From Neoechinorhynchus agilis (taxonomy: Eukaryota; Animalia; Acanthocephala): 64,000 nt of DNA. The translations under genes were made by a program, and so were the position numbers. The notes under the pieces are model-generated. The model was not told the DNA's origin. It searched no databases and was given only the letters and a program-made list of their open reading frames with translations. Positions 57,060-64,000 of the stretch are shown one piece after another. The stretch lies in the NCBI GenBank assembly GCA_051530055.1, contig CM121341.1, positions 13,618,784 through 13,682,783 of the forward strand. The letters run 5' to 3'. How positions within the stretch are numbered: the first letter of the stretch is position 1; each line of letters begins with the position of its first letter.

Positions 57060-60000
57060 ATGGGTTGATTGTGCGATGGCAAAAAAATGACTTTTTATAT
57101 AGTTTGGTGCGCGGGAGAGGTGGATTAAATCTGTTCGGGCATCGTGTATTTCAGACGGGTTCCCTTGGCGAGATGAATGAGAGAAATTTAGATGGAAGGG
57201 AACGCAGGGAGGTAATGTATTTATCGAAGATTTTGGAAAGGTGTTCTTCGATTGGTGGGAGGTCCTTGGAGCAGATTTTGGAGGCTCGTTTATTTAGGGA
57301 GGAAAGCAAGGGCAGTTGATGGGTGGATAAATTGCAAAAGGTTGGGTATGCATATGAGATTGCTGGGACCACAACGGACCAATAGAAATGTGCTAGATCG
57401 TGTGGGCTGACTCCGAGGAAATGCAAGCGCTTGATAAAATACAATTTAGCAGTGGCTTTTGCTACGACGCCATTAATGTGGATGTCCCATTTGAGGTTGT
57501 GTTGGAAGATTAGGTTCAGAATGCGAAGCGATGTGACGCGTCGGATATCGAGAGGGAGCGGTGGAATATTAGTCCTAGGTTTTCGAAGCGATGGAATAAG
57601 TTCATAAGGGTTGGAGAAATTAATTGAGAGTTGATGGGTGGTGCAAGAATCTTTAAGATTTTCAATCTCTGCGGACGTGAGGCTGAGCGAGAGTGATGGA
57701 GGAGCATGGGTTATGATGATTAGGTCGTCCGCATAAAGGAAATATTTAGCGGACGTTGAGAGGGGTGTAAGGTCGTTGAGGAAGATATCGAAAAGTAAGG
57801 GCGATAGTATAGCTCCTTGTGGCACACCGCAATGTATGGGAAGCGTCGTTGAGCAGGTATTTCCGTAATGAAAATATTTCGACCGGTTTGCGATAAAAGA
57901 AGTGAGCCAGCTTATTTGCCAGGGTAAGAAGCCAAACTTCTCGCATGCCTTAACGAGAAGATCGTGATCTACAGAGTCAAAGGCCTTAGCAAGATCCACC
58001 TGGATGGGCGACAAACGAAAGACGGTTCTTGGTCAAGATTGCGCAGAATCGAATCGTAAATGCACAAGAGGGCGCCGGTACAACAGAATCCTGGCCGGAA
58101 GCCGAATTGGTTCGACGAAATGTTTTGTAAGAAGATGGGGAGGATGCGAGTTTTGAAACGTTTTTCAAAAATTTTAGAAAACGGCGAAAGTAGAGAGGTA
58201 GGGCGAAAGGAAGTCATAGAAACGGGTTTCCCGCCTTAGGGATAGGAATGACGCGAGCGGTCTTCAGGCAATCTGGAAAATTCCCGTTTCAAAGCTAGAA
58301 TTGATGATATGAGCTAGGGGATCAAAGATCAAGGAAATGATGATGCGAATGGCCTAGATGGGAATCGGAGCGTTAGGGGATGATGTACGTGGTAGTTTTT
58401 TGAGGAGTAGGAGAACCTCAAGAGAGGAGACGCGTGAATGAGGAACGCAGGTCATATGGTTGCGATCGTCGCAGGGGCGTACGACGCTTGTGTCAGTGGA
58501 AGATTTGGGAGGGCACATGGTAGCGTTCATGGAGTTGAGGGTGTTTTCGAGGTGACATTTATGCAGATTGGCGAAAGGCTGAGATCTGTGAAGGCCTATG
58601 GCATTTTTGATCTCGCTCCACCAGGAACGATTAGGGGATGACGGTAGTTTGGAAAAAATAAGGGTTTTGCCAGCGTGAAGAAGACGCTCAGTGAATCTCT
58701 TGTGGAGTTCTGGGTAATCGGGATGTCGGGAATGAAATGATTTTTTCACCTAGTCTTGCAGTGATTTTAGTAAAGGTGAAAACCATGGTGGATCACGATT
58801 CGACATACGAATCATTTTCCGAGGGAAAGATATGCACATGCAATGGACCAAAGTATTGTGCAATGCCACCATGGCTTTAGACTGGTCGTTGCTGTATATA
58901 GAACTTCGGATTCTGGGTAGAGCATCACTTACCTTGTTGAAGAAGGAGTGAGAGTGATGGTCACGTTTATCCCAGACCGGGAAAGGGTCGGAGGACTGTC
59001 GCTTCCGAGGAACAATTGGTCTGAGGAGGATGGTGCAGTGATCCGAGGTCGCTACGGGTGAGAGTTTAATGGGAACGGAATATTTTGCTATATTGGTATA
59101 GATTTTATCTAGTTTGGATGAACCACGCGAGGGAAAGTTTACTAGTTGTAAGAGATCAGAGAGTGACGGTGGAGCAGGAAGACGGTTGAAGTCTCCTAGA
59201 ATCAGGAAGTGTTGAGAGTTTAATAATAGTTTATCATTAATTAAGGTATCGATTTGTTCAGATGTTGCGGAGGGAGTAGAGGCAGGGGGACGATAAACAC
59301 CGGCGACGGTCATTTCACGACTGCCGTTACGAATAGAAAGAGAGAGTTGAAGGTGAACCCATTTGAGATGTTCTGATATAAAATAATGAGGGGTATAGAT
59401 GGTGTATGGTAAGGAGGACTTCAAGTAAATAGAGACGCCTCCTCCAGAACAATCATCTCTAGTTAGGTGAAATGAGGAGAATCCGGGGATGATGGCAGTG
59501 TCCTTATAAAAATTGGGAGAGCCAGGTTTCCGTAATGACGAGATTGTCGGCTTTGGTGGTCGTAGCGACTATGGACAGCTCGTCGATTTTTGGAAGAATG
59601 CTACGAATATCGGTGTATATGATTGTAATGAACAGCTGTTTAAGTGGGATGCTCAGCAAGGAAATGGGTTGGACGGGCGAGGTGGGTGCAAAGTTGGGTG
59701 GCGTTGTGGTTGACTGTTCATTTAGGGTGAAAGTGGATTGCTCAAGGCTGACCGAAATTTTTTGGGTTTGGCCACCGACAGAGTGAAAGAGAGTGAAGTT
59801 AGGTATGGCTGCGGTGTCTTTGTTTAAGTCACTGAGCTGGGTTTCTGTGGTGACCAGTATGTCTGAGGTGTGACGATTTTCTGATAAGGGATGGAAAACA
59901 GTTGTATGTCTAATTTCTGCCAAGGAACAGCGGGTTCTTTTGGAGGTATCCAAAAATTTACGGCAGGAGAAGGCGTGTGTTGAACGGACAATAACTTATT

Positions 60001-60860
60001 TATTGACTGTCGGGCTGGAAATATCCGGTAAGAGAGGGGTGATTTTAGTAAAAGAAAGCGTTTGGAGATGTAGGGCAGAGGCAGTGTCACGAAGGTGAAA
60101 GCTAACTTTTAGAAGGCGTGGACGAGAGTCAGCTGGATTATTTGATGGGATGCGGTGAACAGATACAGGTGCCGGAAGGTTGTCATAAGGGAAGAGCGTA
60201 CGGGTAATTTCGTTGAGATGCAGCAGATTGTGTTTCAACGCATTGAAACGGCTAGAAATTGGACATTCAGGAACCTCAGGAGTGCCGGAGATGAAGAGAT
60301 CGTGAGATGGATCATATTTCTTATGTTCGTGTTGGGCGTGGCCAGGGAGAAGACCGGATGTGTTAGGAGCAACCCTCGATTTGTTAGGCTGACGATTTTG
60401 TACTGCGCGAGATTTCGGTGAGGGAGGTGTTATCTCCGGTAAAATCTGCTGAGAGGGAAGCTGAAGGGTAGACTTGATTGAGAAACGAGCGTAGTCTTGA
60501 AAAGAAGGAATTCGACGAGCGGGATAAGGAGCTGCGCGGAGGGTGGACGTGAGGGAGGTAATATGAGTCTGAACCGGAGGTTTGAGAATCGGGATTGAGT
60601 TAGGTCGAGCGTCCAGAGACGATTTATCATTTCCGGATGTGGTTGACATGTTTGGGTTGCCACAAGATAGTTGGTTGGCCTTGTACGGAAACAGGTCACG
60701 CTCTTTGTCATTAACTAGATTTGAAATTAACGAGCTTCTGGGAGATGGTAAGGGATCCTTGACAATTGTTTGGTTGTGTTTTGGGGATATACTCAGTTGA
60801 GTGGGATGTGTTGTGACGGGTGAAACGGGACGAAAGAGGTCGGGGTGCTAGATTGATTCT
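57060..60860 (-). mobile_element. Degraded APE-type non-LTR retrotransposon (ORF1 + endonuclease-RT; CR1/L2-like, clade uncertain)
   Basis: APE motifs ITETWL, VYRPP, LGDFN, LDKIY, SDH. RT motifs FRPTSLLSPFSKIFEK, QFGFRPG, DLAKAFDSVDH, GVPQGAILSP, YADD. Multiple stops and frameshifts. Confidence 0.9.
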
Positions 60861-61031
60861 GTGAAATTACCATAACGAGCGACGAGACAAAGGTCAGCAT
60901 GAAAATGTTTAAAAATGCTTCGGCGAAAAGGATTAAAACATTGGAGATGAAGGTTGGTCACCTCAGTCGAGAGATCAGTGATTTTCAAATGGGCGACAGC
61001 TGTGAAAACTATAGTTCTATTTTTAAAGATC

Positions 61032-61379
61032 GAAATTATTGTTCAAGTTTTAAAAGACCTCATGTGAGCAACACTGTTCATGTGGAAAATCAGACTGAAG
61101 TGAATTAAAGGGGGTATCATCGATAAAAAAAATCCTTCGGAGTAGTCAAAGTATTATTTTGGTGATAATAATCCCGATAATAGCACATTTGATTTTGATT
61201 TATTGGAAATATTTCGCTAATCGAAATTATTGTTCAAGTTTTAAAAGACCTCATGTGAGCAACACTGTTCATGTGGAAAATCAGAGTGAAGTGAATTAAA
61301 GGGGGTATCATCGATAAAAAAATCCTTCGGAGTAGTCAAAGTATTATTTTGGTGATAATAATCCCGATAATAGCACATT
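61032..61379. repeat. About 190-bp local tandem duplication
   Basis: CGAAATTATTGTTCAAG...CCCGATAATAGCACATT occurs twice. Confidence 0.75.
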
Positions 61380-62078
61380 GGCTCAATTCTACTCTTCCTC
61401 TTGAATGTGCTTCTGAGAGCGATTCCTTTAGTGTTGTAAATACGAATTCCAGCCTTCTTACTCATAATGGAGTAAATCATTTGATTCGTGTCATCATCAA
61501 CGAAGAGCGCACTCTTTCGAAGCACGCAGACTCTGGGGACGATTTTTTGTTGTTTTGCGGATGATAGTTACAGCCTCGGATTCCCCGGTTCATAATCATT
61601 TTGGGATATCCCCTCATTTTCAGCTCATGTACTATCCTCTGCCTTTCCCTACTCTATGCAAATCGAGTAGAGGAAATAAGAAAAGCTCTTCGGAAATAGG
61701 ACATAACTGCCGAGATTTTATATCTCATCGGTTGGTGACTTGACCAGTGTGGTGGTCCCCATGGTAGATTCTCCTTACGATAAAGTGACGTGCTAACTTT
61801 ACCTTGGGCAGACCGCTTGACTAGGATGTCCAGGAAAGAGACCTCACCGTTGATGTTCTCTTCTTTGACTGACGACTGTATGTGTGGATCTTGACTGTTC
61901 AGTTCAGCATTTAGTAAATCTCTGTTATTGTTTGAATCAGTCAACATGAATACATAGTCCACATAACGCCACCACTGATTTACATGACTATGCAGCACCA
62001 AGAAAGTGGATTCCCAATCGCGCATGTAGATGTCGGCCAAGGTCGGAGCTAATGGCGATCCCATAGCAACACCTGCTG
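61380..62078 (-). mobile_element. Penelope-like RT fragment (second subfamily), truncated before GIY-YIG
   Basis: MGSPLAPTLADIYM, WWRYVDYVF, VSFLDILV, SLYRK, and a linker IRIYNTKGIALRSTFKRK colinear with the 56-kb PLE. Confidence 0.8.
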
Positions 62079-62412
62079 GCTTTTACTCGCCGCAACTAGA
62101 CTGACAAAAAGAATAGCTACAATCTTCAAACGTATATAGAAATCATATTTGTGTAATTATTTCTCAAAGAAACTATGAAGTACTATTTCTTAAATGCTGT
62201 CTAATCGTTTCTCAGAAATAGCTAAATTCGAAAATTAGCATTTAGAGGCAAAAACAAGAGATAAGAGACTTTGGTTTCCAGTATTTAAAAACAATTCATC
62301 CTTCCAATGTTAAAATCGTGTGAAGACAGTTGCGCGCACGTCAAATATTCATCTTGCTAATCTGGCGAGTAAAAAAACTATTTAAAGACTAACGATCAGC
62401 CACTTTGTATCC

Positions 62413-62877
62413 ATGGCAACCAAAGTTCGCCTACAAATGCGATCCTTTGGAGGAGCAAAAAAAATGAAAGACCAGCAAGAAAACAACAAGTCAGTCGTAT
62501 TTTCAGGAATAGATTCGGACGCTGACGTGTCGCTAAGACAGTCAGAATTTAACAAAAGCCCAGATATAAACTTGAAACTTGGTGCAATACTGGGAGCCGT
62601 TGAGGGCAGAGTTCGGTTGGTTGAAATTACCATAGCAAGCGACGAGACAAAGGTCAGTATGAAAATGTTTGAAAATGCTTCGACGGAAAGGATTAAAACA
62701 TTGGAGATCAACGTTGGTCACCTCAGTCGAGAGATCAGTGATTTGCAAATGGGCGACAGTTGTAGAAGCTATAGTTCCATTTCTCAAGATCGGAATTATT
62801 GTTCAAGTTTTAAAAGACCTCCAAGACGTACGATGAGCTCATGTGAGCTACACTGTTCATGTGGAAAATCTGAGTGA
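62413..62877 (+). CDS. Repeated unknown ORF, copy C
   Basis: Close paralogue of 53742-54287. Confidence 0.45.
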   Translation: MATKVRLQMRSFGGAKKMKDQQENNKSVVFSGIDSDADVSLRQSEFNKSPDINLKLGAILGAVEGRVRLVEITIASDETKVSMKMFENASTERIKTLEINVGHLSREISDLQMGDSCRSYSSISQDRNYCSSFKRPPRRTMSSCELHCSCGKSE

Positions 62878-63211
62878 AGTGAATTAAAAGGGGTATTTTT
62901 CGACGATTTCCGTGAGCCGAGATGAATGAGCTAGCCAAAGTTCCAAACACTCATCTTAATAGATGATAAAAGCTGCTAAGATCACCGGGAAAATTCGCAA
63001 ATGTCTCGAACAGAATACACCTGATTTTCGTTGCCTTCGAATAATCTGGCACCTTCTAGCAAGCTCGTTTTTTAATTTAGGACAGGCCGATCTCCGATAT
63101 TTAGATGGATCATGGCCACCGTCCACTTGGCCCCCCAGTATGCCTCATAAACGCCAGGTCCTTTCTTTAATTTCAGCGATGAATTTCGAAATCTATCGTT
63201 GAAGTCGGCGG

Positions 63212-63688
63212 CTAATAATCGGCACTCTTCTTAACACTGCCGTTCAATGCAACACCTTTGAACTTATCCATGAGTACTACATCGAGTTCCAGGTCAGATT
63301 TCGAATTTGCTTGTACAGCAGCGCGTATTCCGACAAGAGCTGGTTTGATAGCTGCGGTGCTGCTCGCTGCCAGCATTTTCTGCTTAATACTAGCACCACT
63401 TGGGGCCCAACTAATAAATAGAAGATCACTTTGAGGACGTCTGTCTGCTTCATAGTGCAGAATGGTGACTGCGTATCCGACTTTGTTGTCCTGAAGCATT
63501 GATATGAGTTTATACCAGTGCTCATTTTGTTCGGTCACTGGACATGATTCTCGAGTTTCCTCGTGAGCCACTACGATCTTATCGAAAGACTCGGTGAATC
63601 CGTAGATCACGAATGAACTTCTCTTCTGCATTTTGAGACGGTTAAAGGCATCTATACATTCATTGTCGATCTTCACACCGCTGGACAT
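63212..63688 (-). CDS. Cofilin/actin-depolymerising factor
   Basis: MSSGVKIDNECIDAFNRLK, LLFISWAPSGASIKQKMLAASS ADF-H signature. Confidence 0.9.
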   Translation of the reverse strand: MSSGVKIDNECIDAFNRLKMQKRSSFVIYGFTESFDKIVVAHEETRESCPVTEQNEHWYKLISMLQDNKVGYAVTILHYEADRRPQSDLLFISWAPSGASIKQKMLAASSTAAIKPALVGIRAAVQANSKSDLELDVVLMDKFKGVALNGSVKKSADY

Positions 63689-64000
63689 CTTAAAAACAGG
63701 AACAGGGCAGTGAGTGGTAGGCTACGTTTCGAAGTGGCGTTCTTTCGCCATTTTATACGAAACGGCGACAGAGGATAATCAGATACCTTTTAAGGGTGGT
63801 TCAATATTTTCCACTTAAGATACCAGTAACCCGTTTAGGATTGACTTTCGTCTTACAGAAGTTCATAACGATCATTGTAAATTGATCTTTCTTTAGAATA
63901 AACGTTATCTACCAACTAGCTCAAAGGTGATCTTAAAATCATGTTTTATTGAACAAAAACTCCACTGAAACCTTTCCGGAAAATGGTAATGCGATAGTCT

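Overview
AT-rich, gene-dense eukaryotic window, almost certainly from an invertebrate animal (afadin with RA-FHA-DIL-PDZ domains, an animal-type K2P channel, Penelope-like elements). The species cannot be named from the sequence alone. Recognisable genes are DIMT1(-), an LCLAT1-like acyltransferase(+), NEMF(-), a K2P/TWIK channel(+), a centrin-like protein(-), DDX5/17(+), afadin(-), enolase(+) and cofilin/ADF(-), plus two near-identical truncated makorin-like RING ORFs. Two accessory blocks (about 25.4-44.4 kb and 53.7-63.0 kb) hold APE-LINE, Penelope-like and Ty3/gypsy remnants, a solo LTR, two satellites with higher-order structure, local duplications and hammerhead-ribozyme motifs. Main observation: alongside ordinary GT-AG introns, conserved housekeeping genes are interrupted by 47-607 nt segments whose two ends form a base-paired stem. 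In three cases (DIMT1, DDX5, enolase) I found no GT-AG solution that restores the conserved protein motif. Seven such segments can all be placed in one register (intron +2 opposite -4, with a 1-nt 5' and a 3-nt 3' overhang). This is the geometry described for euglenid nonconventional introns, seen here in an apparently animal genome. Exact junctions are inferred from protein homology recalled from memory, can slide within short repeats, and need RNA data.
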